Assembly: GCA_973895155.1 (NCBI GenBank)
Contig: OZ316894.1
Coordinates: forward strand, 16,298,699 to 16,362,698
Source of the DNA: Marsupella aquatica
Lineage: Eukaryota; Plantae; Marchantiophyta
Direction of reading: 5' to 3'
Length of the DNA stretch: 64,000 bases
Shown here: piece by piece, positions 36,601-49,977 of the stretch
How the letters are laid out: each line of letters begins with the position of its first letter
Numbering within the stretch: the stretch's first letter is position 1
Position numbers and translations under genes: made by a program
The notes under the pieces: model-generated
What the model was told of the DNA's origin: nothing
Databases searched by the model: none
The model's input: the letters and a program-made list of their open reading frames with translations, nothing else

Positions 36601-38260
36601 CAATGACCTCCCTGCTTGGTTAAATACATTGTGGCTATTGTATCCTTCAAACTAGAAATGAAGGATTTTTTGGGGAGCACCCAAGTGTGGTAACTCCATC
36701 TCCCAACTTGGTTGAATACATTGTGGCTATTGTGTTGAAACTACAAAGGAAACAGTTTATGGTTGCATTGAAGCACGCAAATGCCAGAGCATCCTAAACC
36801 TCATTAAGTTTTTTAGAACACTGTGAATTTTGTATAAAAAGTCAAAGCAATTTTAAATTCAAATTTGTCCACCTTTTTATGAAACCTGTGGGGAACCTGT
36901 TTTGTTCTCCTTAAGTTAAGAGCTTCATTTCTTGACATTTTCTTCTGCTGCTTGTTCTTGTTGTTCCTACTTGTTGACAGAATTTGCAAGACAAGGCAAG
37001 GACAACGCCAAAATCAGGAAACACCTCTTGTTGTTCAGTAACTCTTGGTATTAGGGCTCTGTGTGGGGGCACTGTTTGCTTCCTCATGTTGCAGCCCCCT
37101 GCAATAGAATGCTACCCCTTGTCATCATTGCATGTCCTTGATAGCTGTTAAGAATGGTCACTAGAACAACAGCATGTAGGTGCCATTGTTTGGGGCCACA
37201 CTATAAGTAAATAAAACCTTGTCCTCTGCTTAAGCAGCTTTGAAAATTTTGGGGTCCCACCAAGTAGTCTCTCACCTAGGGGATCAACAAGACAGAAGGA
37301 ACAAGAAGGGGAAGCTCTCGTGGAACAAAGTGTTTGACAAGATGCTAGATGTCCCCAACCTGTGTGGACAACTCAGAAATGAGACTTCTACCTTTGGTTT
37401 GTATGAATGCTCATCAGAGTCAAATGTTGCCATTCATTTGAGCATAATCTTCCAAGAGTAATTTAAAAGACACTTTCATCAAAGTCTTACTGGTTTTTGC
37501 TAATTCTGATTAAATTTTCCTTTGTATATTGTAATGCGCTGGTAACAGGACATAATGCTGGGCCTTAACCCAAATTTTGAGAGGCTTTTATGTAGCAGGA
37601 TATAATGGGCCATAATGCTGGGCCTTAACCCAAATTCTGAGAGGCTGTTATTGCCAATAATTCCCTCTAACGTTCACTGTCCTCTTTTTACACATTCTTG
37701 GAATCTAAATTAGACATTCAATATTTTGCTCCATATATGCAATTTAAAAATGGCCCTAAGAAAGATCTTTACAATGAACCTATTAAGGTCAAATTTCATT
37801 GAGCCATTAGGCTTACATTTCAGAAAATCCAGGAATGGCATTAAGATCTGTGAAACTGACTCCCCATGGACCACATTCTAAAGAATCTTCTTATAACTTC
37901 ATGGCGGCCTACCTAATCTTGGGTTTTACTAAGACCCTTCCGGTAAAAAAGGAAGGAGCACATATTACGAAATTGCAAAATAAATACACTTCTCCAATAC
38001 CATGAAGCTGCAAAAATAAAAATTGAGATTTGATCTACAATCACGAAACACGATCTAATGGAAATTTGAAAACACGATCTCATAGAAATGTGGTATATGG
38101 AAGATTTTTGGACCAAACAGTTCTTTAACTCAAGTCTCCTGCTCACATGAAGGATTGCAGACGTGAAGGACATACCAGAAATGTAGAAAAACTGGTCAAT
38201 TAACATCTTGTAAGTAGTTACGTATTTGAGTGTACTATATATCACACTGCCAAAAAATCA

Positions 38261-38565
38261 AGAGCACCCAACCAGAGACATGATCCCGACATGATCCCTC
38301 AGGCAAAGGACCCAATCAAGAGGGGACCATCAAAGGGCCAGGAAACAAGGAAACAAGATAAAAACAACACACCTAAAAACAGAAGCCTAAACCCAGAGCA
38401 CCCAACCCAGAGACATGATCCCTCAGGCAAAGGACCCAATCAAGAGGGGACCATCAAAGAGCACCCAACCCAGAGACATGATCCCTCAGGCAAAGGACCC
38501 AATCAAGAGGGGAGCATCAAAGGGCCAGGAAACAAGATAAAAACAACACACCTAAAAACAGAAGC
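38261..38565. repeat. Tandem/direct repeats (~57-135 bp units) at the 3' end of the LINE remnant
   Basis: agagcacccaacccagagacatgatccctcaggcaaaggacccaatcaagagggg repeated three times; aaacaagataaaaacaacacacctaaaaacagaagcctaaa twice. Confidence 0.85.
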
Positions 38566-39115
38566 CTAAAGCCTATCGATGCAAACTGAAGAGCCTCTTA
38601 GAGCTCTGGTGTGAACTGCATAGGGAGGGTCAAGCACAGGAACCCTACTAAAGGCTCTAAGATCAACAGCCTCACCCCTACGGAGAATAGTGAATGCTTG
38701 TGCCCGCTGAAGCGCAACAAACACCCTCTGCCTAAAAAATGCCGTGATGACAGACACCAGGGGATAAGGCCTCCACTCGACGTACTCAACAGCACAAGAC
38801 CATAGGAATCGATCAAAGGATGGGTGTAGATCTCCACAGCAAACAGGTAAAAGAGGTTCCCAGGGTATTGCATAGCATAAGCCTCCTCCTTAAGTCGCCC
38901 TCACAACAACATGGCCCGGAACATAAGCAACGGAAGCAACATTGGTCCTGCTGGTAGGATCAACAACAACGATGTTCCCAAGGGCACGAACCCCAGCGCG
39001 AGAGAAGACCAGGTCAGCCCCACGCCAATCAAAAACCCCATACCGTGGAATGTATGTCGCTGCTCCATCATGACTTTGGTACCCAGAGTCACGAGCAATG
39101 GTGACAATGGCATAC
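38566..39115 (-). mobile_element. 5'-truncated non-LTR retrotransposon remnant with restriction-like endonuclease (REL; CRE/R2-type)
   Basis: Broken frames give RGADLVFSRAGVRALGNIVVVDPT...KEEAY...FYLFAVEIY...FFRQRVFVALQRAQAFTIL, i.e. the PD..D..K..Y / PF.VE / 'SIALQRGNA'-like C-terminus of REL LINEs. Confidence 0.65.
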
Positions 39116-39526
39116 TCAAATAAACATGTGCAGGGTTACATACAATTTGAGTTCAATTGGTCAAACAACTTCTTGTATATAGTTGCGTTTTTCAGTTTAC
39201 TCAAACAGACATGTTCAATAACCTACTTCTTGTGCAGATTTTGAGTTTGACACTGCCTGTCAGAGCAAAGTTAAGAACCTACTTCATTTTACAAAGTCAA
39301 ACCGGTCGTCCTGGAGCAGCTACCATGGACATCCGGCCAACTATCCACCCAATGCTAAAACAAGGGGAGCAATAAGTGGCGCAATCAGTGTGATCTTATC
39401 TAATAGGAGGTCGATGTGGGTGTGCTCAGATTTCAACTTGCATGAAAGGAGGACCATGTAGGGTGTACTGAGAATTCTTGGCACGGGAATCACCAATCAA
39501 GCTCTAATATATGCATAGAGAAGGTG

Positions 39527-39900
39527 TCAGAAGGGTTGTGATGGATTATCGCGACTTGTCAGTGGACGAGAATAAGATATATGAAAAGGGTTGCGAGGAA
39601 TCATGCGAATTGTCACTGGAAGAGAACAAGCCATATGTAACAGACCACCCAGCATTTGGACTCTGAAGCCTATGCTTGGTAAACATGTTGACAAGCTAGG
39701 CAACAGCTTTAACTTACCGAGGCCTTTCGGATTCTTCCACTGAGAGTACTCCATACTCATTACTGAACCATCAATTCCCCATTGCCCCAGATTACTCATG
39801 GCAAGGAGAATCCCTTGAGGACTCTCCTTGGTGTATCCTTCATCGAGCTCCAATCAGTCAGATTCTCCATGGCCAGAAAGAGCGCCCCAATGATTCTTCT
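39527..39900 (-). mobile_element. Possible degenerate Ty3/Gypsy integrase C-terminal fragment
   Basis: VTYGL.LPVTIRMIPRNPFHIS resembles the VAY.L.LP....H.VFHVS motif; frameshifted. Confidence 0.35.
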
Positions 39901-40884
39901 TGGTATATAGTGTCCTCGGTCTAATCTAGCCATGGACCTCACTTCCAAAATTCAGTAAGGGTGAGACTTCAGAGAGGACGAGACTGCAATCAGATCACTT
40001 GCCAACATCGAAATGATTGCTTTGAACATCCTCCTCATTTCCTCCGACATTTTTCTTCATGAAATAGCACGAAACGTTTTAGATCATTTTGAATTATCTG
40101 AAGTGAAAGGGCGGGATAGGCAGAACCAACCTTGACAGCTATACAGTATGTGATAGCATACACACCAACAGAGCAAGAGTCCACTCAGTGTCAGTTGGGA
40201 ATGAAGAACCTCATGCAAACATCTTCATACTTCCATTCGTAAAAAAATAGTGGGATCCAATTGCATAACCTGTCGCCAATCTCATAATGGTTGCCCTTCC
40301 TTGGAGAAGAAAGCTACCAATTTGTCATAATGCACACGGAAGACGGCATCCAACAGCTTTCAAGGGCAATGTTGCCCAGAGAGTGTTTCTGCGCGAGATT
40401 CAGCAACCCATGTAGTAGGCATTGGTCAAATAAGGAACAATCACAAACTTCAAGACACCTTACAGTCTATTTACTACCAGAAGAAGTAACACGACCATGA
40501 GCTTAAAAGTAACCAGAGCAGAAGCTGGTATTGTCACGTGTTCATACTCCTACCTGTACTAGGTTCAAGATATCTTAAGACTGCACGACTGAAAGGATGC
40601 GGACTCTCCACGTAGGGTGCACATATTTCACCTGGTACTAAGGAGCCCCATTTTTGCCTGAGTGGTGATGGCAAGGAAGCTTTCGAGAATCTGTTGCTTA
40701 AAAACTAGATTACATTCGGATTACAGTCATGGATGCAATATAAGGGGTCTACATTCAAGATCGGAGCAATATTTTCTGTAGACCCCGATTACACAGAAAC
40801 CTACGAACTCCCTACCCGACGGTCATCTAAGACCCGCCTCTGTTCTACAGCTTTTGTTTGCAATCTTCAAACGATCAGGGTACG

Positions 40885-43800
40885 TTACATCCTATCTTCC
40901 CTTTGTCTAGGTGCACACTTTATGATCTCATCCACCCTTAATATCATCTCTGCTGCTTCAGTTGCAGAAAGCAAAATTGCTTGCTTTACTTTGAAAGCCT
41001 CATAAATACCAAGAGTCTCCATATCTCCAACCTGTGAGTAGAACAAATATAAAAGGCAATCAATACTCTTCCCCGGATTCCCATAACACATGTATACCAG
41101 AAGTTTACATCAACCTTCCATAAAACAATTCCTCAGTTCAGTACAGTAAAAGCCAACTGCATCGAAACAGACTCCACACCATCTAGTTGCTGTAGGCGTT
41201 TTGGCACTTTATGGTTGGCACGCCAAGCAACAAAAAACACTTACCGCTCCTGTGATTACATCAATGCCTGCTCGGCTATCATTTCCGAAATGAGCAGCAC
41301 GTAGCTTTGAAACAAGATCCGCACTGTCCAGCCCAGCATTGTCAGAAATTATGGAAGGGATTGCACGCAAAGCACTTGCAAAAGCTTCAATGGCAATAGA
41401 CTTCTTGCCAGGAGTCTTTCTGGCAAGCTCGTCCACATGCTGAGCCATCAGCATTTCCGGCCATCCTCCACCCCAGACAACCCTACAGTCTTGAACAGTA
41501 GAGGCGAGCACGCACAGGGCATCATGAAGCGATCTCTCTGCTTCATCCAGGACATGCGAGCTGCACCACAAGTTAAAACACCAAACTTAAATGAGAGAAC
41601 ATCAACACAATGCTGGACCGTCATGACTACTCAAACCTCAATGCACGTCATGTAAAACCAATTATAAGAGGCCACAGAATTAGTCTCATCGCGAAAGGCA
41701 TCTATCGAAATCATAAACACCACGCAATCCGGCACGCAGTTCTTTATCATACACTTTTTCAAGAACAGATAAACAACGTCTCTACTGGCGATGAATGACG
41801 GTCTCTGCCTATGCAAAATCAACATATGTTGGTCACATCTGTGTTTCTTCTACACATGGGAAACAAAGTAAACGCCTCACAATATCACTTGACAGTTGAT
41901 GTAAAGGTTCCAATTGTCACTTTAAAAATTTTCTTGGCCACCAACCAGTTTGAAATCTTTGCATCAAATACTCATTCATCCCACCTTTCCATGCAAGGCT
42001 GTCAGAGACATTGAAGTGCATATTTAATCCGACTCAGCGCTTTTGAAAATCTAAGACAGGTCACGGTTGATGGCTCCAAACCTTGCTCCTCTCAGAACAA
42101 TCGTACAGGCTTGGCCCAATTCGACACCCGAGAAGTGAATAAGTTTGTCTTCGCCAATCATAATCTCCTCGATAAGTTTGCAGTGGCCAAGCTTTACGGA
42201 TTCTGGACTATCAAAAGTAGATGTGATTTCACCTCCAGTTACTAGTGCCAAGCGCTCAATACCGTCAAAATCAGCATGTTCAATTGCCATAACTCCAGCG
42301 TCGGCGAACAGCTCCTCAGGAAAGTTGTAGATTAATTGACGGTTAACGAAGCAGTTGATTCCATGCGCTATAATTTTCTGAACCTTTGCTTTCATTTTAT
42401 CTTTCTCAGCAGCTTCTATGTCAGCTACTTTTTGCATGGCATCCACACGGACACGTGCGCCATAAATCTTTATTTTGTCCGTATCCATAGCAGTATTGGC
42501 AACCAATATGTTGGCATTTTCAATTCGTTTTGGCTGGCCAACACCTATCTTCTTATCCAGAATAAACCTGCCAAAAGCTCCAGAACGTGAAATCCTGTGA
42601 GTACGATGCATTCGCAAAGCTAGACGACAGATTCACATTACCCATTCGAGACAGCAGAGAGGTAGCCCTTATCGGCTCGTGGGTAGTCTAGAAAAAAATA
42701 GCTTGTCAGTTGAACTCAGTACTGGGAACATGCTTGCTTGATCACATACCCTTCATCCAGGTAAGAATCTCTCAATGAACCTCCGCACTTCTTGATTATC
42801 TGGATTGCTTCCAAATTGCCACTTCCCTGAGAAGGCAAGAGCACAGATAAGGTTCACAGTCCGCGCATGTAGTTATTAACTAAAAGAAAGGGCTAGATGA
42901 AAGAGAACACGTTGCTTGACCAGACTCGCCACACCACCGAATAACTGAAAACTTGCACCAGAAGAAAATACTCAGACCAAGCTTTAGGTAGACATTGCAT
43001 TTTTTTCCAAATCGTGCCAAGTAAGCAGAGAGTCTACAGTTGGGATTGACCTGCTGCTTGCTTACCTTTAGCCGCAAGACAGCATCCACTGCAAGATTGG
43101 CAAAGTACTCCTTATCGTGGGACAGAATCTTTGAACTCAACGTTGTCATTGCAATGTTAACCAGGTCAGACCGAAATCTCTCTGCCAGTCGATGATTCTA
43201 ATCAGTACTAGTGAAGTAATTAAGAAGTAGCATAACACAAAATAAGGGAGAGTGAACCCGACACTTTAAGTAAAAATGTAGGACGCCCGTCTAACCCGAA
43301 CGTTAATAGTACCTCATTACTATTCGGAATCGTGACTAGCCACTAGCCACAAGCCTGTACACACGATACCTACGTTCTACGAGCAGTAACGTAAATAAAA
43401 GACCAGACAACAAAAATGGGCGCTCCGAGAGACAATTGGCCCACACGGCTTTTACCCTAACCAGGTAGTTTTGAATATGGCAGCTCTAGTACGCAAAAAA
43501 GAGGAACCCGACACCTAAAATCAGGAAGGAACAGTGCGAGAGTAAGCAGCACAATGTGCGCTCTATCCGAAGTGTACCTGGGTCATCTTTATTGTTGCGC
43601 ACTTTACTTTCTAAAACTTCTCTTGCGCAGTCGACAGCCATTCGATATCCTGTGATGGAAAGAACAGCCCATGCTTAGTGCAAAACGCATCAACTCAGTA
43701 CGACACTGATCTTCTGAAGTCATGATGTATAGTGAATCGTCTTCTTTGCACTACGCAACGATTGGGTTGGACACTCATGTCTAAATAATCAATAAATAAC

Positions 43801-45118
43801 CCCTTACCGGCAATAATGGTCATTGGGTGAATTTTTTGGCTAATTAGTTTCTCTGCCTCCCTCAAAAGTTCTCCAGCTAAAACCACTACAGATGTGGTTC
43901 CATCGCCCACCTCGTCGTCCTGAACCTTCGAAATGTCTTCAGAGGAAAGATTGCGGTTACGACCAACCTCCACGGCACAGAATTGAGAAAGTACGAGCTA
44001 GCTACTACATTCAAAAGCTCTTCATACTTCATCAAATTGTCATTCTGCCAGAAACGATCTGACTAATGACTATCCGAGAACAGTAACCGTTCAATCAGCT
44101 TCCAACTGAAAATCCTTACTATCAACACGTAAAGGATACCAACGAGAACTTTAGCGGCCGGGTTGTCGACGTGCAACGACTTCAAAATGGTTGCCCCGTC
44201 ATTGGTCACGGTGATTGAATGACCCCTTCCAGTTGATTGCAGAATCTTATCCTGATATGACAGAAGCAAGCGGCGAAAGAGCAAGGGTCATGAGAAAATC
44301 CGGATACACTCTAATTGCACTATCCCGAACGAAATATGTTAAGGACCACTCCCTAAACAATACAGCAATGCCGTCCTTGCGGGTGCGGAGGACCAGTAAA
44401 AGTTACTGCTATTGTCGATCGGGAACTCAATAAGTCTAGGTTTCCAACCTTCATATCGCCAAAAAAGAGAAAATTGCTGCACATACCATTCCCTTCGGCC
44501 CAAGGGTACTTTTGACAAGGTCTGCGATGGCCATCGCTCCAATGAACGCCGCCTGCGGGGAAGACGGACAAGAAAAGAACAACTTCGTCGGTAAAATCGA
44601 CGTTACCATCGCAGACAGGCACAATGCTGAAAAAAACTTTGTACTATCCGGCATTGTCACAAAATCAACCTCACAAAACCAGTCTTGAAGGATGATTGTA
44701 AATCTCTTGTGTGTGGATGCACAAGAAAGAGCGGGAGTTCCATAAAGACATCTTCAACATGTAGAGTTGTATTCAAAGTTACCATTCTGGCCCGTTCTCC
44801 TTTCTCTTCCATTGCCTCCTCTTTGAACAGATTCCCCTGTACAAACGAAACATACATGAACTTAAACCAAGCATAGAGGATATTCGAACTGACCACAGAA
44901 GATCTCCCTCCTCTCTTGAATGTTCGTCATCGTACGTCGTACCATTCGGAACGCCTCAATCGCCAAAAATTATCTTTCCCTGCGCTGAAAACATTTCCAC
45001 ATCTTCTTCCGCGACCAATTTCACACAGACACACCAGGAGGAAAGGACGGTAACACAGAACAACACGTAGCAGCAAATCCTCGATAATTTGATAAGCGCT
45101 ACTCACCCCGACCGCCAT
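40885..45118 (-). CDS. CCT2: T-complex protein 1 subunit beta (cytosolic chaperonin CCT-beta), ~11 exons
   Basis: Exon peptides [94 protein letters not shown]..., [16 protein letters not shown]-terminal [10 protein letters not shown]; GT-AG introns. The first micro-exon (ATG 45118) is inferred. Confidence 0.95.
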
Positions 45119-45422
45119 GTTGCCTGATCGCTCGGCTCACAACCTGACGCACTGGCCGATTGCTCAGATGCAATGCGGATAGATCTAGCGCTCGACGGTT
45201 TGATTCTAAAAAAATTCAGGTCCGACTGGCTCGCTCACTCTAAACCACTGGAGAAGGACCTCCTGCTCCGCCTCGACACAGCAGAATGATGAACACTACT
45301 CCAGTGCCTGATACTCCCGTAGGTAGGAAGAAAATGAGGAGATTACTCTGTTCCTCTCGACGTTCTCGATGAAAGAAACTGCAAGCGACCTAAACCCTTC
45401 AGTACGATCGAAATCACAAAGA

Positions 45423-45431
45423 AAACCCTAA
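45423..45431 (+). promoter_or_regulatory. Telo-box (AAACCCTAA) upstream of CCT2
   Basis: Exact motif ~300 bp upstream of the CCT2 start; telo-boxes are common in promoters of plant translation/proliferation genes. Confidence 0.45.
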
Positions 45432-45459
45432 CAGACACGAGAGGTACAGTAGGTGTACC

Positions 45460-45570
45460 GGCGTTCGTGACTGGGGAGGTCACCGGTTACAGTAGAATGA
45501 CTTCCCGGCTTCTCGGAATTGGCGTTCGTGACTGGGGAGGTCACCGGTTATATTAGAATGACTTTCTGGC
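45460..45570. repeat. ~61-bp direct repeat upstream of CCT2
   Basis: ggcgttcgtgactggggaggtcaccggtta..tagaatgact occurs twice. Confidence 0.8.
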
Positions 45571-45689
45571 TGGACTCAGAATCACCACGGCAGGCGGATG
45601 GTGACTCAAGCAAGGGCGGGAGAGGAGATCTGCCCTGTTCAAATGTAGAGTAGTCGTAGACGGAGGGGAAGCTGAGGGAAGCAGGACCT

Positions 45690-46040
45690 GTCGTCCGTTT
45701 CGGTTCCCGGGCGCTCAATTGCGAGGGAAGCCGCTTGATATTGTACAGTCCACCGCGCATAAGTGCACCAGTGGATAGTGCACCGTGGATAAGTGCACGA
45801 CGATACCTCAATATCAGTGCGTTTTCTTTGTAAAATGAATGCACTCGAAAAGTGCAGATTTTGTAAGTGCATGTTTACCATCACTAAAAGTTTCCTGGAG
45901 CTGAATTGTGTGGGATGTGCTTGTTATTGTACAGTCCACCATGGATAAGTGCAGGAGGATCCCTTAGTACTCCCTTTGTAAAAATGAATGCACACAAAAA
46001 TACAGATTTTATAAGTGCCTGTCTACCATCACTAAAAGTC
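45690..46040. repeat. Degenerate direct repeat (~190-bp period)
   Basis: tattgtacagtccacc...ataagtgca...ctttgtaaaatgaatgcac...taccatcactaaaagt twice. Confidence 0.7.
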
Positions 46041-48759
46041 AAAAAAATGTTAGTGCATATAAGCATTTATCTGATCAACGCATAATGAGTCCTATTTGAT
46101 GTGACAACACGTGGGAAATTTCATGAACTTATAGGGTGGTGCATTATCACTCACATATGGGAAAGTGCATAAGTGACTTTGTATCGCAAGCACTTATAAA
46201 GTTAGTACCGTGGATAAAATAATGCAGGGTCGGCCCTTCATCCCTTGCAATCCATGCATAGCATAATGGTGCCTAGCCAAATAGATTTGAAATTTGTCAC
46301 TGATCTAGGCTCATATGTGAGGTGTCCTTGGGTCATCTCCACCTGTGGCGGCCTGTATCTCATCAGAACTCCAATCAATGGTTGGATTAGGGAGAGATAT
46401 GCTTAGTAAACCCCCATCTGGAAAAAGTTTGCTTAATCAACCCCCTCCATATTTTTCCCCAATCTGGACCGTTGATAGACCTTAGGGGGTAGATCAAGTA
46501 ACAAGTTTCATTTTGGGGGTCGATCAAGCAAATACCTCTGCATTAGGAGGTGTTGAAGTTGGTGTGGGGTTGTCCTCATGGTTGACCAGGTCAGGTTAGA
46601 CAAGGTTGCTGTCTCATAAATGACAGAACACCATCAATGAAAATATGACAGAGTTGTGCCATGTTTTGGCCGCCCACAGTTACTCTGCCTATTCCTCCCT
46701 TGCGTTGCCTGAGTTATGGTACCTCAAAAAGCTGCACAACTCCTCATCCCTCCTCTCTAAGCATCTTTGTGAGGTCAAATAAGGGTGAACTTTGCTTCTT
46801 GGGAAAAGTTGGCTGGAGCCATATATATTTGACACCCCCTATTGAAAACGCATCTATACGGTACCACTTGCAATTGATTATACTAGAGTTTGCCTACTTG
46901 GAAAAGTAGGCACCCACTATTGGATACACAGAAATATTTCTTGCCAATGATGTGTCCAACCAGTGGAGAGTTAGTCACCTCAAGGGAAAAACTGGTCCAA
47001 GGGCTTTGACACCCTCAATGTGTATAGCTTTGACAGCCTCTATTGGATACACATAAATACCACTTACTAGTGATTATACTCTCACTAGCTGTGAGTGGGT
47101 TACAAACCACTACTCATCCAACTAGGTTGTGTTCAATTCCAGGCTTTGAAACCCCCTACCTATTGGTTTTTCCTAGGAGGACTTGCAACCCTTACTGGAA
47201 AGCCTTATTGTAACTGGATGTTTATTTTATTCTTTATTTATTTAGGGGAAATCTATGAAACCCCACAGAAAATAAGTCTCAACATTTGAACTCTAGACCT
47301 ATGAGTCTCAACTCAAGTGAGCTACCACCCAGCCATGCCTCTCTAAGCTATTGCAGCTGGGTTTTGATAGAAACCAATAACTACAATGCAAGTGCCCAGA
47401 GAATTGAATGGAGACTGGTAGGTCTCGGTTCAAATGTTGTGATTGATTGTCCCCTTTCTATGAGGTTTCACAGATTTCCCCTTAAACAAATTTAAACAAT
47501 GCAACAGGTCATATCCATGAAGTGGGTTGGGTGGAGACTATGGTAGCTGATTGGTGGGAGTGGAATGACAGAGTGGTGGGGCAATGACTTAGGAGTCCCT
47601 AAGTTGAAAACCAGACAGGAGTCACTAGTTTATGGATACATTTGGGAGGCAAAATATAAAATTACCACGGCAATAAGTACAAATATATGTGCACCATAGC
47701 ACTAGGCCCTGTGTATATATAGAGGTCAAATATGGAGATCCCTTCTCACTGGAACTATCATCATTAGACCTGGTTCCCAATTCGTTTTTCCTTGGGTACA
47801 GCTTGGGCGATGTGTGAGCCTGGTGTGATAGTCTGGTGTTAAGGGGATGAAATGGTGTTTATTAGCTTGCACAACATCCATTTGTGATTGTCAGGAACAA
47901 GGAGACAATTTAGGCACCAACAATGAGGTTTTTGGTGTTAAGGCCGTTATCAATCGCATGACAACACCGACAAAGTTAACTCTATTTCAGATGAGCACAA
48001 AGTTGGTCCAATATGATCAATCATGATTTCACTTACCACTTGAAAGTTTTTCACGTGTGTCAACTGAAAACCGGTGTTCCTGAGTAATGACATGATATCT
48101 TGACATCTTTTAGGTTCAAAGCCAACAGATCGCCAAGGAGACCCATTTGATAATGTAAGTGAGATAGGATGCAAACAAGAAGGAGACAATCTATAGGTCA
48201 CATTTCCATCAAAATTGTAAAGGGTTCTATCTGAGTAATATTACCAACAAGTATATCCAAACTTTACCAATCCGTATGGACAAAATAAAACACAATTGTA
48301 ATCCCTAAACCAAGAGGTCCCAAGTTCAATCACCCTCCCACATGCAAGGGATGTGGAGGGTATGTGTGTATGTGTGTGGGTGGGGTTTAGGGTTTACTGG
48401 TTCTCCTTGACCCAAGCTAGTAAACTTTGGGGCCCTTGTCAACTGTGGGGCCTGGTTTGGATCCCTGATGGATCCGTGGGCATGACCCCCTTGTGGCCAC
48501 CCTATAGAGGCACATGCTTTGCTCTGGTTTGCCTAGTATCCTCTCTTGAGTTGGTCTCTAGGTTGCAAGGCCAAACAGATGAGACAATGTCAAAATGCAT
48601 CTTGGTTTCATTTTCCCAAAGGCCATGGTCCCTATCCTGAAACCTTCACTAACATAATTTTTGTACTGAATGCAGGTTATTGGGGTGTAACCATTTTTTG
48701 AGGTACCTAATATTCCCATAATTTCTTGCCCAAAATTAACCATTTTCCTGCACTAATTA

Positions 48760-48866
48760 TAAACTATAATGGAGGTCTAGGCAAGGGTTTTAGCCCAAAC
48801 CCTGCTCCAAATATAAACTATAATGGAGGTCTAGGCAAGGGTTTTAGCCCAAACCCTGCTCCAAAA
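48760..48866. repeat. 51-bp tandem duplication
   Basis: taaactataatggaggtctaggcaagggttttagcccaaaccctgctccaaa twice. Confidence 0.9.
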
Positions 48867-49977
48867 TGCTCTGAAAAGCTTTCTAGCCAATCCATTGATC
48901 AGGTTTTTCTCACTTTGGGGTTCCGTGACTTTTAGGTCAGAGGGTTATAGTAGGGGTGTACTCACTTTAGTGATTTTCTCACTTTCTGACAGAGAGTTAC
49001 ACCCACCCAGGCCTGACCCCATTATCCTATACAATGAACCCCAAACCAGATCCCCATTATCCCTTTGAGACCGCCCTATATATTGAGTCCATTGCTCTCT
49101 GGTTGGTGCATCTTACTTATAAAGCGACAACTATAAACTAGAGTTGGGGTCTAGGCTTCTAGAATGAAACATCTAGAGAGTAACTCCCTACTCATCATAT
49201 GGATGGGAAAATTTATGAGTATAATATATATTAAATGATAATCATGCATGCTTTTTATTCTGATTTCTATTAATATTAAAAAAAACTCTATAACCCCACC
49301 ATAACATATGTGTATAGAAAATAATATGATATATTATTATTAAAATGATGACAAATATGATAATTTTGTATCATTTAATTAACCTCAAAAAATATTAATT
49401 TATTAATATATTTTGATGACATTTTATTTTACCCTCCACTATTTACAAAAATAACTGGGTAGTAGGGGCTAGTTTTATTAAAAACAAAAGAAACGCCCCA
49501 CTCTAGTAGACTCTCTTTTACTTAGTCAGTTCAGACTGCACTACACAGCGACACCTCAGCGGCAAGGATTATCCGGCGGCATGCAGGCCAGGCCCACGGG
49601 GCAAAGGGATGAAGAGAAACAATCCATAGGTGACAATCACACGACCAAATGCGGGGCAATACATCGGAACACAACTACACTTCGATTTGGGTGCAATGTG
49701 TCCGAAAGACGTCCTCCTTACTTCGCGTGTAAATGTCTCTGTCGCCCAAACGGAGAAATCGAAGGAGGCGATGAGCCGTGGTGGAGCTGCAGGTGGTAAT
49801 GGAGACAAGGCTTCTTCCTGATTGCTAGTGTAGTGCGCTGCTCCTCGGACCATACTTTCCATTTTGTGCTTCGGGGATTGCAATTTTCGCATCTGTCATT
49901 GATGCACTGTGTATCGATCATGGTCCTTCTCGATCGATCATCACTACCACCACCACCTCCTCCACGGGCTGGCTAAT

